DNA of 64,000 bases from Saccostrea echinata (lineage: Eukaryota). Made by a program: the position numbers and the translations under genes. This document shows, one piece after another, positions 50,401-62,229 of the stretch (its first letter is position 1; every line of letters starts with the position of its first letter). The stretch spans positions 9,114,001 through 9,178,000 of the forward strand of contig NW_026889785.1 in NCBI RefSeq assembly GCF_033153115.1. The letters run 5' to 3'. The notes under the pieces were generated by a model, which worked only from the letters and a program-made list of their open reading frames with translations, made no database searches and was not told where the DNA came from.

Positions 50401-50934
50401 TAAAAAAATAAAAAAGGATCATTCAGCAACACACTGTGGCCTTCATATGTTATATTCAGGAACTACCGTAATAAGAAAGGGGTCGATTTACACATGTGCA
50501 CACATCTTTAGCAGAAAAATCAATAATACCACGTGACGTAGCATAAGCCACTTGTAAAGTGTTGACGGGGGACTGGTTTTGAAATGATACTTCTTTATGT
50601 GGCGGATTCAGGATTTACTGTTCCCAAAAAAAAGGGGGGGGGGTGTTGGAGTCGAAATCTAATTTACATGCGTTTTAAATTTTGTAAAAATGCATAATTT
50701 GCACTTACCACAAATACGACCACGAAGATCTCGAATCTTTATCATGGCAGGGTCCCCGAAGACAATCACCCGGTTAAGTCCACAGGATGTCACAAACACT
50801 TCACGAACTTCCGTCACGTTCACCCGGACTTCTCGACAGTCCGGCCAGTAACATGTCAACACCCTCCTGTCTACAGGTGCATTTTGCACCGATACAATAC
50901 ATGTCATAATGATTACGAGCGTTCTGTCGTCCAT
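47403..50934 (-). CDS. Spliced type I membrane mucin-stalk protein; exons 50934-50709, 49960-49904, 49654-49595, 49355-49323, 49125-49063, 48818-48786, 48603-48544, 48415-48371, then 48166-47883 or 48166-48080 + 47824-47403
   Basis: All junctions are GT-AG phase 1 and all internal exons are multiples of 3; signal peptide, 4-Cys head, Thr/Ser/Pro-rich stalk, TM followed by basic residues. Confidence 0.78.
48610..49780. repeat. ~535-bp tandem duplication that duplicates an exon pair
   Basis: Identical 33-nt exons at 48786 and 49323; near-identical exons at 49063 and 49595 with shared intron sequence. Confidence 0.85.
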
Positions 50935-52759
50935 CTTGCAATTACACACTTTGAACTGGTCATATGTGCACGTGATAAAAAAGCGCGCGAAGTACCCCGG
51001 TCAACATCCCCCCGACGTATAGAATAACACCATTTATCACTTTAATGATTTTTTTGTTTAAGAGTGTCTGTTTAGAAACTATCACATAAATGATGTATGG
51101 TAAACAATTGTCAACAGAAAATGTTTTGTTTATTTGGAGGGGAGGGATGGGGGATAAGGTAATGACACAGTTTATAACCTTATAGATAACCTTTTTTTTG
51201 GTACAGGTCAGGGATCAGCTTATCTAAGTCATGTTTTACAACCTAATTCAGAATTCTTAACTAAAAAATTTTTTTCTAATCCATAAAGTTTTATTTTGAA
51301 GTCATGTGTCAAAATGATGTAGATTCTGTGTATTTATTAATAAAAATAAAAGTATGAGCTGTTTTCCGTGGTCAATACTCTTACCTTCTCCTTCGTACGT
51401 ATACATGTATGTTATATATGTTTATATATGTCATGTACCATTTACATGGATTTGAGTGAATAAATTGAAATGAATTAAATTGTGAGCTTTTAAAATAAAT
51501 AATAACTTTTTTATATTTCTTAACTTTAAGATGAATAACTATAACTAATATTTTATCTGAAACTTAATCCAATTTAAGAACTCCAGTTATACATACAACA
51601 TCGCTCGATCGTGATATGGAATCGTCGATTGATGAATTGTGATATTGAAAGTGGCTGTACTTTTTTCAGCTCTTTTTTTACATAAATTCTAATTTTGATT
51701 GATCGGGAGTTGATCAAAATTGTTATGGTGTGTATGTTAATAATAATTGATTATTAGATTAATAAGGTTTTAGAAGATAAGTCAACTCGAAGAAGGATAA
51801 ATACTAATTTATGTTTGGCGCAATTTTCAAGGCTAAACTAGACAAACTTTTTTTTTCTGAACACTCGGGTATTGATGAACTTGAGAGTTACAGTGGAGAC
51901 GCGTGATAGTTTGGGCGCAATTTCCAAGGCTAAATTGACATACTTTTTTTCTTTAACACACTCATGCAGGTATAGATAAACTTGTATCCTTGGGAGTTAC
52001 ACAAGAGACGCGTGATAGTTTTGGCGCATTTTCTTGCTGGATATTAAAATGAAATTTTACAACATAAAGACAAAAATAGAGAAACAACGATTAATTTAAT
52101 TGCAGAATAGATTAATTCAAATTCATTTCAAAAAAATGTAATAATAGACATTACAAGACCAACATCACATTTCCTTACAATTTCTCCGTTTTGAAATTAA
52201 TAATCTTTATTTATATGTTAAATGACTTTTTATGCCTTTTCTGAGCTTCAACATATATCTGAGATATTGTCTGGTTTAATAACCCCAGTTAAATACAACA
52301 TCGCTCGATCATAATATGAAATTGTCGATTGATGGATTGTGATTTGGGAAATAAATGAATTTATTCGGGTCTTTTTAAAATAAATTTTAATTGTTATTGA
52401 TCAAGAGTTTATTAAAATTATGTTGTCTTTAGTTAAATTTTTGCATTGAGAAGTTTTAGAAAATAAGCCAATCCGTAGAAGGATAAATGCTACGCAACAG
52501 ACGCATGTCAGTTTTGGCGCAATTTTCAACCATGCTGACTTGACATGAACGTTAATACCTTTTTAGGACTTTCTCAATGTTGACCCCTCAAAAAGGGACA
52601 TTTAGCCCCCATATCGACCTTTGTAAAATCATGATTTAGATTCCCACCCAAAAGCGAACACCTATAAATACGTGATGTTTCCGTCACTCTACCATCAGTC
52701 GAATAATTACCATTATAAACTTAAGACAATCCTCCTCCTCCTCCTCCTCCTCCAACATA

Positions 52760-54753
52760 ATGGCGCAGAAATATCTAGACATGATGTAAGTGTATTTTTC
52801 CTATTTCAATTTTAAAATTTTGTAAAACTAATAATATATGTATCTTAAATGTTAAAATAATAAAGCATTAAATCAAATTTAATTTTAAAAAAATCCAATC
52901 TTTTGTGATCATCTTTGATAATATATTATATAAATACCCCCTTATATATTTTGTTATATTTTTTAAACATTAATTTAGGTTTTAAAAATGTTAATGTTAT
53001 ATTATTTTTTTAAAAAAAAGGGATCAGGAAAAGGCAAGAACATTTAAGGATTTTGAGGACGAATGGGTGGCATTAGGAGAGGAACTCTGCCTTAATGCAT
53101 TTCAACCAGGGTAAGTTGAATGCTAAGAAAATTGAGTATAAATTCTACAAAAATAATACAAAAATAAAATTACAATATTTTTAAATAAGAGATATATTAC
53201 TATTTGAAATAAGTTAAATGTATTTTCTATAATTACATAAGAAAACCCCACTTTTTTAATATAAAACCTAACATTGATATTGATATAGAAATTCTCCTAA
53301 AGAAGAAAACACCCAGAGCCAACCCATCTCTCGAAAAAGACATTTATCCGAAACGGAGGATTCCTACATTTTAAATCAAAGGTATGTTTTATTTTTATGA
53401 ATTTCTTTAACAATTATTTAATATTATGTTAACACATAATTGTTTATATGTTATACCATATTCAAACATTTCGTTTTGAGACTTACTATACATGCATTAC
53501 CTCAAATTTCAACTAGGACTTGACGTAGCATTGTGAGTTTGTAAATATTTGATTTATCTGCAGAAGACTAAAGCAACAAAAGAGAACAGATGACGATCAA
53601 CAAAAGAGAAGGGATGACGATAGCATAATCACCAANNNNNNNNNNNNNNNNNNNNNNNNNNNNNNNNNNNNNNNNNNNNNNNNNNNNNNNNNNNNNNNNN
53701 NNNNNNNNNNNNNNNNNNNNNNNNNNNNNNNNNNNNNNNNNNNNNNNNNNNNNNNNNNNNNNNNNNNNNTTTAAATTTTTATTGATATACTATGGTACAT
53801 AGTATACATATAATACAAGCGAAATAAATTTCCAACTTTTGAATGTGGCATATAATAATAGCTGTTATTACTTTATTAAATTTTGGAAAAAAAAATTAGT
53901 AGTTATCTTTCCGGTTTTTTTTTTTTTGGTATTCAGAAAAAGGGACCCTTTAAGATTTAAAAAACTGGAGGAGAGGATAGGAGAAGACGGAACTCCCGGG
54001 TGTTGGTCCTCAGAGGGACTAAAGGCAGTAGCGACAATTACCCGGTACTCGCCCCAGTCTCCGGAATGCAGCGCCGCTGCGACTAGTACTGGGTTCTTGC
54101 CCCAGTCGCCGCCCCAGTCACTGGATTGCAGCACCAACGCGACAATTACCGGGTACTCGCCCCAGTCGCCGGAATGCACCGCATTAACCTCGGAGGGACT
54201 CAAGGCAGTAGCGACAATTACCCGGTACTCACCCCAGTCGCCGGAATGCACCGCATTAACCTCGGAGGGACTCAAGGCAGTAGCGACAATTACCCGGTAC
54301 TTACCCAAGTCGCCGGAATGCAGCGCCGCCGCGACTAGTACTGGGTTCTCGCCCCAGTCGCCGTCCCAGTCACTGGATTGCAGCACCAACGCGACAATTA
54401 CCGGGTACTCGCCCCAGTCGCCCGAATTCAACACCAACGCGACAATTACCGGGTACTCACCCCAGTCGCCGGATTGCAGCACCAACGCGACAATTACCGG
54501 GTACTCGCCCCAGTCGCCCGAATTCAACACCGCCGCGGCAAAGGGTGGTTACTTGACCCAATCACCCGGGCAGTCTAACACTACACCTGTGACCAGTTTG
54601 GATTTCTTAAAACGTGTAGTTGGCGGTGCCTTCCCCCTTCATAGGGAATTGGATGCCCTGAATGAGTTGGTCGACAGCATGAGAGTCGACCTGTTGCAGA
54701 CATCCATGCTGCTTAATTATGTTAAAGATTTTTTAAAGAGTTATAAATTTTAA
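52760..54753 (+). CDS. Spliced protein with YSPQSP repeats; exons 52760-52785, 53021-53110, 53289-53381, 53564-(gap), 53937-54753
   Basis: TATA 52663 and TCAGT 52695; all visible junctions are GT-AG phase 2; last exon has 6 exact YSPQSP plus 4 variants and a helical C-terminus. Confidence 0.7.
53636..53769. other. Assembly gap (N run)
   Basis: 134 N. Confidence 1.
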
Positions 54754-55009
54754 TTTCAATTGATTATACCTCTTTTTCTTATTGAAAAAGACTATTATTG
54801 TGTATCATAGTGTACCATTGTGAACAATGCCAAGAAAGTTAACTCTGGCAAACATTGTATGAAACATATACATGTTAGAGTTGCTTTTCTTTCTATAATT
54901 CAAAGGGATTGGATTACCGAGTGAGTTGCTCGACTTTTTGAGAGTCCTCTTGTAGTAAATTCTAAGTTAAACTGATTATCCCTATAGATATTTTGTTTAA
55001 TATTTATGA

Positions 55010-55292
55010 AAATGAATGAGTTGGTTGACAGCATAAGAGTCGACCTGTTGCAGACATCCATGTTGATTGATTATGCTAAACATTTTTAAAGAGTTATAAA
55101 TTTTAATTTCAATTGATTATACCTCTATGATTTGTTTGTATTTTTATTAAAAAGACTACCATTGTCTTAAATAGTGTACCATTGTGATTTTTTAAAGTTA
55201 TAAATTTTAATTTCAATTGATTATACCTTTATGTTTTGTTGTATTTTATTGAAAAAGACTACCATTATGTATCATAGTGTACCATTGTGAAC
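55010..55292 (+). repeat. Partial duplications of the 3' end and UTR of the YSPQSP gene
   Basis: aatgagttggt..gagtcgacctgttgcagacatccatg repeats 54660-54830; ttataaattttaatttcaattgattatacc occurs 3 times. Confidence 0.8.
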
Positions 55293-55589
55293 CAGCTATT
55301 GTTTCAAATGTCTGATACAAGTATCTTTGAAACGCAATTAATTTTAATCGGAGGAACCTAGCTATGTTGTCCACTGATTTTTACCAATAAATGATTTTTT
55401 AACAAAAATGTTTATATCGTATAATATCATAAGGTTTATCTCTTATTAAAACCTATATCAATGGCGTCATGTGTTTTGTGTTTCATTTTCCGATATTATT
55501 CAGGTGCTTACCGTGAATGGTTCAGTGGTTCTGTGACTGTAAATGATGTAAATCCAAGGACTTGTCATATTTTATACTGTATCGCACTC

Positions 55590-55780
55590 AGGGGTGTAAC
55601 CGTTAACGCCCATAATATAGAACGGTTTACTGGTTGTTATCAGTTAAAATATGGGACGTGATATATATTGTGGGTGTAACCGTTAACGCCCATAATATAG
55701 AAAGTCATAGTGATTGTTATCAGCTAAAATATGGAACGTCATATACATTGTGGGTGTAACCGTTAACACCCATAAGATAA
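55590..55780. repeat. Subterminal ~80-bp tandem repeat x3
   Basis: gggtgtaaccgttaac(g/a)cccataa at ~55592, 55672, 55752. Confidence 0.85.
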
Positions 55781-55821
55781 GTCACATAAATTTTGTGACG
55801 TCAGTGACTGTGTACTCACCC

Positions 55822-56012
55822 CTTGACTGTGAACTACCTCGTGAGGTCATTGACTGTAGACTCACTCTTTGCACTTAGATACCTATGACGTCATTGACTG
55901 TAGACTCACCCCTTGACTGTGACCCATATTATGACCTATGTGGGCGGGGTCTGGAAAACCCCATGACGTCATCGTGACTGTATACTGACTGTACTCTGTC
56001 CCCCTTACTACT
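55822..56012 (-). repeat. Polinton right TIR
   Basis: Reverse complement of 33318-33508; ends ACTACT. Confidence 0.96.
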
Positions 56013-56018
56013 TGTATT

Positions 56019-58269
56019 GTAGTTACTGTAGGACCTTTCCTGAATGTGCAAACAAAGCAAGTGCTTTATTCAAGGGAACCAATAATTTTAGAATTGATTC
56101 ATTGATTTCTCATGATAAAAATAGTGAACATTTTGTTGCAAGCAGACGCTATTTTACAAAAATTAAAACTGGTGACCAAAATAACAATCGACTCGAACTT
56201 AGAAATTCAAGTGAATCCTGTAGTAGTGGTGCTGTTGATAAATACAAAGAAAAACTGTTACCTACTGTTTCAAGCACAGAAATTGGCAAAGCAATGTACA
56301 GATTATCAGAGGAAGAAAAGAAAAAGATGACCATACTTTTTAACACAGCTTATGCAGTTGCAAAGAATGGAAAACCCTTTACTGATTATCTCTATTTGTA
56401 TGAACTGAATATGTTGAATGGTTTGTATTTGGGTGGCCAGTATATTAACATTCATGCTTGTGAAAGTTTTGTTGAAGCCATAAGTCAAACATATCGAGAG
56501 AAAATTCAGGCTGAAATTCTGAAGACAAACTGTGTTAGTATTCTGGCAGATGGTTCAACTGATGCTGCTGTAATGGAACAGGAAATTGTGTACTTGCGGT
56601 AAGTGTTTCAGTATGAGTATTTTCAGATGATAAACTGTTCTTGTCAGTGGGATTAAGGAATTGTATGGCAAAATAATTGAAAAAAAATTGCATGGAATAA
56701 AAAAATGGTAATATAAAAAGTCTGCATCAATTCATTATTCTTTTATTCTATAATTATTTATTAGGCATGTTCAGCCATATTCTGGAGTTCCTGTATGTAG
56801 ACAAATAGACATAATTGCTGTTCAATCTTCAGATGCCTCTGGAATCCTTGCTGCATTGCACCAGGCTGTAGAAAAGGGTGTGAATATCCACATGAATGAT
56901 CTCCATCCAAATCATGAGGGAACACCATCTCTTATAATGGACAATTTTGATGGAGCATCTGTTAACTTTGGGGCAAAGTCAGGAGTTGTGAAACTGAAGC
57001 AAGATTTTCCAGATCTGTTATCTTTACAATGTGTTGCACATAAATTAGAATTGTCAATTTTAGATGCTGTAAAATGTTGGAAATACCTCAGTGATGTTTT
57101 TGATGAGGCTGCTAAAGGAATATTCAAGTTTTATCACTATTCTCCAAAAAGAAGGAGAGAACTGAAAGCTATTGCAGAGGTACTTGACAAGGATCTAGTG
57201 CATTTTTCAAATGTAAAGCAAGTCAGATGGCTTGCCAGCAAGTCTAGAGCGCTTGCTACTGTAAAAAAAAAATTGAGCAGGTTGTTACTCATCTAAGGAC
57301 AAAAATTTGTCCAGTAAATGTTTAGAAAGTTCAAGCAAAGCTCTAGGCTATGTGAAAAAAATTAAATCTGTCAAATTTGTGAAGGTTTTTCATTTCATGC
57401 TTGATTTTTTACCTATTGTGGCAGATATGTCAAAAGCTTTCCAATCTGAGACTGTGTTGTTGTTTGAAGTACCAATACTTATTCAAGGGGTTATATTGGC
57501 TTTTGAATCACTAAAAACAAATCCAGGAACTCATATGCAAGAATTCCTAGATAGGTTTGATAGTGAGACATGCACATATAGTAGTGTAAAGTAAACAAAC
57601 AAAACCCAAACTCTCAATTACACTGATGATCATGAAGTCACCAAGTTTTTGTCTGATGTTATCACCTATGTGACAAAAAGGTTTGAAACATTGTACCAAC
57701 CACCTTTCTCTTTCTTTAGCATTTTCGATGTGGAAAAACTGGCCAGTCCTCATACCTGAACTTGGCCAATTTGGAGTTAGTGAGTTGATGTTAATTGTCA
57801 ATCACAAAAGCTTTTCATTTTTGTTTACAGAAGAAGAAAAGTTAGTGATTGTATCACAATGGTGTCTTTTAAAAGCTAAAGTAAGACACCTCAGACATGT
57901 ACCATTAGTTGATGTATTTTCTTCATTGATTGCTGAAAACAAAGTGAAAACAATCAGCTGGGTGCTATCTGTAAAGTTGTTGAAGTTATGATGACTCTCT
58001 CTCCCAGTACTGCTAGCTGTGAGAGGGGGTTTTCTATTCAAAACATTTTAAAAACAAACAAAAGAACTAGATTAACTCAAAGTAATCTTAGAAATCAGCT
58101 GCTTCTGATGACGGAAGGCCCCCCTGTAAATGAATTTATTGCAGATGAGAGTATTTCTAAGTGGTTGCTGTCAAGCACCAAAGGAAGACATATTCAGGGG
58201 CACAAACTGAAAGATACAAACAGAGATCCTGATTCAGAAATGTATTATGAAAGTAGTAAAGTAATATGA
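56019..58269 (+). pseudogene. hAT transposase remainder (frameshifts and stops; intron ~56599-56764)
   Basis: SILADGSTD, FDGASVNFG, QCVAHKLEL, VRWLAS and dimerisation motif STASCERGFS, spread over several frames. Confidence 0.9.
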
Positions 58270-59379
58270 AATCACTGTAATAATGAAATAAATGTGTCAA
58301 ACTTTTACTTGTGTTATGTTTTCATTTTGTTTAGAAAATAGTTGGGCTAGTAAGTTTGATGTTTGGGCTAGTGACTTTTTACTGATCACTAGCCCATGGG
58401 CAAGTGAGTTTTCAAGGAAAATTTCAACCCCTGCTTTATTCATTTTAAATATATTTTGTATGTCTGTAAAAAAATTCTAAACACTGAGAAGTATTTGTAA
58501 GAATTATTTAAAGTCATATATGGCGTATTTTTTTTTTTATAAGTTCAGAGTACCTAAATTAAAAAGATCTGTCTATTTGTTTTAAATTACTTTATATAAA
58601 AATAGGACTTTCCTGTAAATTGCACAATTTAAATCAATCACGTTTCAAAGATACATGTATTAGAAATTTAAAACAATTACCGATTTATTTACCGATTTCG
58701 CATTTAATTTACAGACACAGTTTAATTTTTTTTTAAATCAATCTAACTATGGAAACATGAGGTTATTCAACAATCTCTATCCAGAGTTTATCGTTCCCGC
58801 TACACTCCACTTATACCCCCGTCAACGTCTAAAAAGTAGTACGGAAGGCGGAGACGCGTGGCCTTTATCACAGAAAGATTAATAAGCGTATTACCTTAAC
58901 TTTTCTGTATATGTGTCAATGCTGCAAGTTGTTTGTCTTTATAAACTAAACCATGTTGATATTTGTCAGCAATGCGTTTTAAATTTTCCACGTTCTTCAT
59001 ATCTGTCTACATGAGTGATGCAATTACCCGCCAAGAATTAATCCCTTGTAAGATATGGTGATACAGATATATCTTTCTAATTTTCATACATAAACTTTTC
59101 GTTAAATGTTAAAGCTAAAATATATAACTTTAAAATTTATAATTTGTTATGCAATAGGTCAGGGTAAGTTTTGCCAAGAATCTTGGCAAGTCAATGGCAT
59201 ACGTTTTGCATAAATAACAGAGATTATTCTAACCAATTAATAATGAAGCATTTTGTTCTAAAACTTAATAATATATGGAGGCAAATAAATGAAAAGCTTT
59301 TTCTAGAGAAGTAGTATCTTATATCCAAAGTTAATGTTACTTGTCAGTTTGCTGAATTTTTTTTTCCTTCCCCTCTTTT

Positions 59380-60400
59380 CAAAATGTTTTTGCTATTACC
59401 TTCACAAGTCTTCCAGTGAAATGTGGCAAATTCGTCTCACCTGAAAAATATACGGAACAAAAGTGTCAATTGATCAATTTTCATTTTTAAGCATACAAAT
59501 AAAGAAGTTCAATTTGGAATATGGAAAACTAATTCAACTCACTCTGATCCATGCCATCAATAATGATTCTCATGTGCTTCTGAGGATATTTTTTTGCAGT
59601 ATCTCTTTTTCTGTAGTAATATCTTCTTTCTGTCCTTTAGGTAAAAGAAAATGTAGGTATTATTATTCTTTAAGTTTCATCAGATCAATTGAAAATACCA
59701 TAAACAATAATCAAATAATTAGATAATTAGAATGGATCAAGAAGATGTCATATGTTTGTGGGTGTGTTTGTGCAATTTTGCAAAGGTGTAATTTTATAAT
59801 TTAAATATTGCAAAATGGAAGAAAAAATTCACAATTGAAAGAATCCATATCGTTAAAATATTAATTTGCAAGCACCCTTAATTAATATAAAACACTCATA
59901 TTTGCCTCTGATTATGGACACGCATCATTTGTTTTAATTTTGCTCTCTTAGAAAGATCACGTGTTTTTTCCAGCTCCCTTTCGATGTGTACACAGGTAGA
60001 ACACTTGGAAAATAAGATGGTCTAAAATGAAAAAAGAATATCCCAATAAAAATAATGTTGTTGAAAGGTTAATATATATATGTATTTAATTACAAATTAC
60101 TTTAATTTTCCTCTTCATTTTTCAAGGTATGTTTTAAAAAAAAAAACTTACCTGTTTTATCTTTAAATGGGGAAAGTCATTTTTCCAAATGTCATAAAAT
60201 GCAGACTGACTGACTATGAGTGCATCGAATATAGATCTTTCCAAGCATTCAATTTTTTCATTGACATACATGTTGTAAATATCTCTTTTTTTAGTTTTGA
60301 ATGGTAGCATCATGTGGCCATTTTCTGGCATTCTGTCAGCATGGACAAATTAGTAGTTCTTCAGCCAAACTATAGCATCTTCTTTTGCCACTCAACAACC
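59380..60400 (-). pseudogene. Multi-exon transposase relic (Sola1/DUF7869-like)
   Basis: Exon pieces SQSAFYDIWKNDFPHLKIKQ|gtaag, FSKCSTC, IIIDGMDQ, ETNLPHF; contains an in-frame stop. Confidence 0.5.
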
Positions 60401-61411
60401 TCTTGTATTTCGATACCAAGCAGCAGTTTTTCAATCATTTGCCATTGTAAGATATATGTGTAGTAAAAACTGCGATTTATTCTCAAAATAAAACCGAAAA
60501 CAAGAACAACAAACTTGTTTCTGTCATTTTCTTCGCAGAGGTTGCACATACTGAAATGAAATTTGCAATTTGGTTTACAGATTTATCATAAGAATATCTA
60601 GGCCAAGTTCTGTTTTGAGTAAAATCGAGCAATTTTAGACAGAGTTATGCACTTTGGATTTAGAAAAATTGCAGTTATTGGGGGGGGGGGAGGGTAAGTG
60701 TTTCACAAACATCTCTTGTTCATAATTATTGAATGTCATCTATACACTTCACCTAAATGTACAGTATTTTTTTTTTAATTTTATTTTCTAAACCTTATAA
60801 GTATTTTATACCTGACATCAACAACTTCCAAGCCAGATATGTATCGCATTTAACTCCTACAGGTTTGTCATTTTTCTTTGGTTTTGTTTGATATGCTAAG
60901 GTGGACATGACTTTTCCTATTGTAAATGTAGCTAAAATATGGGGTCTACCTCGAACTGTCACCGTCTCTCATGTGCTTTTGGAAGTCAGGGTCCCAAGTA
61001 AACACAAAAAAAACTTACTTTCAGGGTTCTAGTACCATAATGTTTAACAAACATAAGTAAAACATTGTGTTTGTACATGAATACCTTACCAATAGTAATT
61101 GGGTGAGAAGTATCCCGCAAAACATGTATAAATAGATCATATTAACCATGTACTAAATAGGAGTGAACAACAGAAACTTGTCTTGAATCAGCAAGCTGAT
61201 CATAACTACATGAATGCGCATGAAAATTAAATTTCAGACTATTGTACAATGAATCTGACAAAACATTAATTGCACACTCAGAATCTATCTATGCAGCTAT
61301 TGCTATATCTTTAAAATAGACACAGAGATACATAAAGTTGGAATTATAAGGAAGGATTAGAATTTACACAATCAGTGTTATCACTAGCACAAACCTGTCT
61401 ATGTCATTCTG

Positions 61412-62040
61412 TGTAGCCGACGTGGTGCAGTGGTTATAGCGTTTGCTCTAGAGTCGCGAATTAAGGAGTTGATCCTTAGGTCGCGGGTTTCAATCCCATT
61501 GTGGGACGTTGAGACCGGTCCTTCGGATGTGATTGATCGATTGTATGTTGTTTTACGTCCCATTCGAGAATTTTTCACTTCATATAGAGACGTCACCATA
61601 TACCGGTGAAGGGCTTCAAATTTTGACCTTTACTCGGCACTCAGGGCCATTGAACAGTGAGGGATCTTTATCGTGCCAACGCCTGCCGTGACACAGGGCC
61701 TCCGTTTTTAAGGTCTCATCCGAAGGACCCGCAACTTTCACTTTAAAGTGCCGAGCGCATGGCGAAGGAACAGTTGCTACCCATTTTTTATCGACTTAGG
61801 TCAGTCGCGGCCGAGATTCGAACTCACGACCTCCCGATCACGAAGCGAGCGCTCTACCGACTGAGCTACCGTGAACGGTAATGAGATTGATAAAGCGAGG
61901 TCTATTGCAGTAGCTCAAAGGCCCTGGGTGCCGAGTATAATTAAAAATTTGCAGCTCTCCATCGGCAACTGATGGCGTCTCCATATGAGTGAAAAAATCT
62001 CAGGAAGGAGGTTAAACAACGCACAAACAAACGAAAACGA
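61412..62040 (+). mobile_element. tRNA-SINE interrupted by a second, antisense SINE (61529-61879)
   Basis: Head gtggtgcagtggttatagcg..gggtttcaatccc; inner SINE with gagattcgaactc B-box complement, bounded by atgtgattgat / atgagattgat. Confidence 0.7.
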
Positions 62041-62229
62041 GCAAGAGGAAGCTCATGTTGCATGTCCGTACACTGCAGTGACATGTAATTGTCGAACTCC
62101 GCCAGAACCTTTACAGCATCCTCATGTGAACATCCAGAAAATTTACCAAACTTTACTCTGTCCCTTTGAAACTTTTAAATAAGTCTTCTTCAAAAGGTCA
62201 AGGAAAGTCCATTTTTTGATTCCTCGACA

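Larger units (their letters stand above)
33318..56012 (+). mobile_element. Polinton/Maverick endogenous virus, ~22.7 kb, apparently complete
   Basis: 5'-AGTAGT...ACTACT-3' termini, perfect 191-bp TIRs, 6-bp TSD tgtatt (33312-33317, 56013-56018); integrase, pPolB, ATPase, protease and both capsid genes present. Confidence 0.97.
32835..58433 (+). mobile_element. hAT transposon (ZNF862/TTF-finger type), decayed and split by the Polinton
   Basis: 13-bp TIR caggggttgaaat / atttcaacccctg; flanking direct repeat ctttat (32829-32834, 58434-58439); gggctag subterminal repeats at both ends. Confidence 0.85.

Noticed and set aside
53868-54530. 220-aa minus-strand ORF (GDWGEYPVIV repeats)
   Set aside because: Antisense shadow of the YSPQSP repeat exon; only the + frame has promoter and splice support
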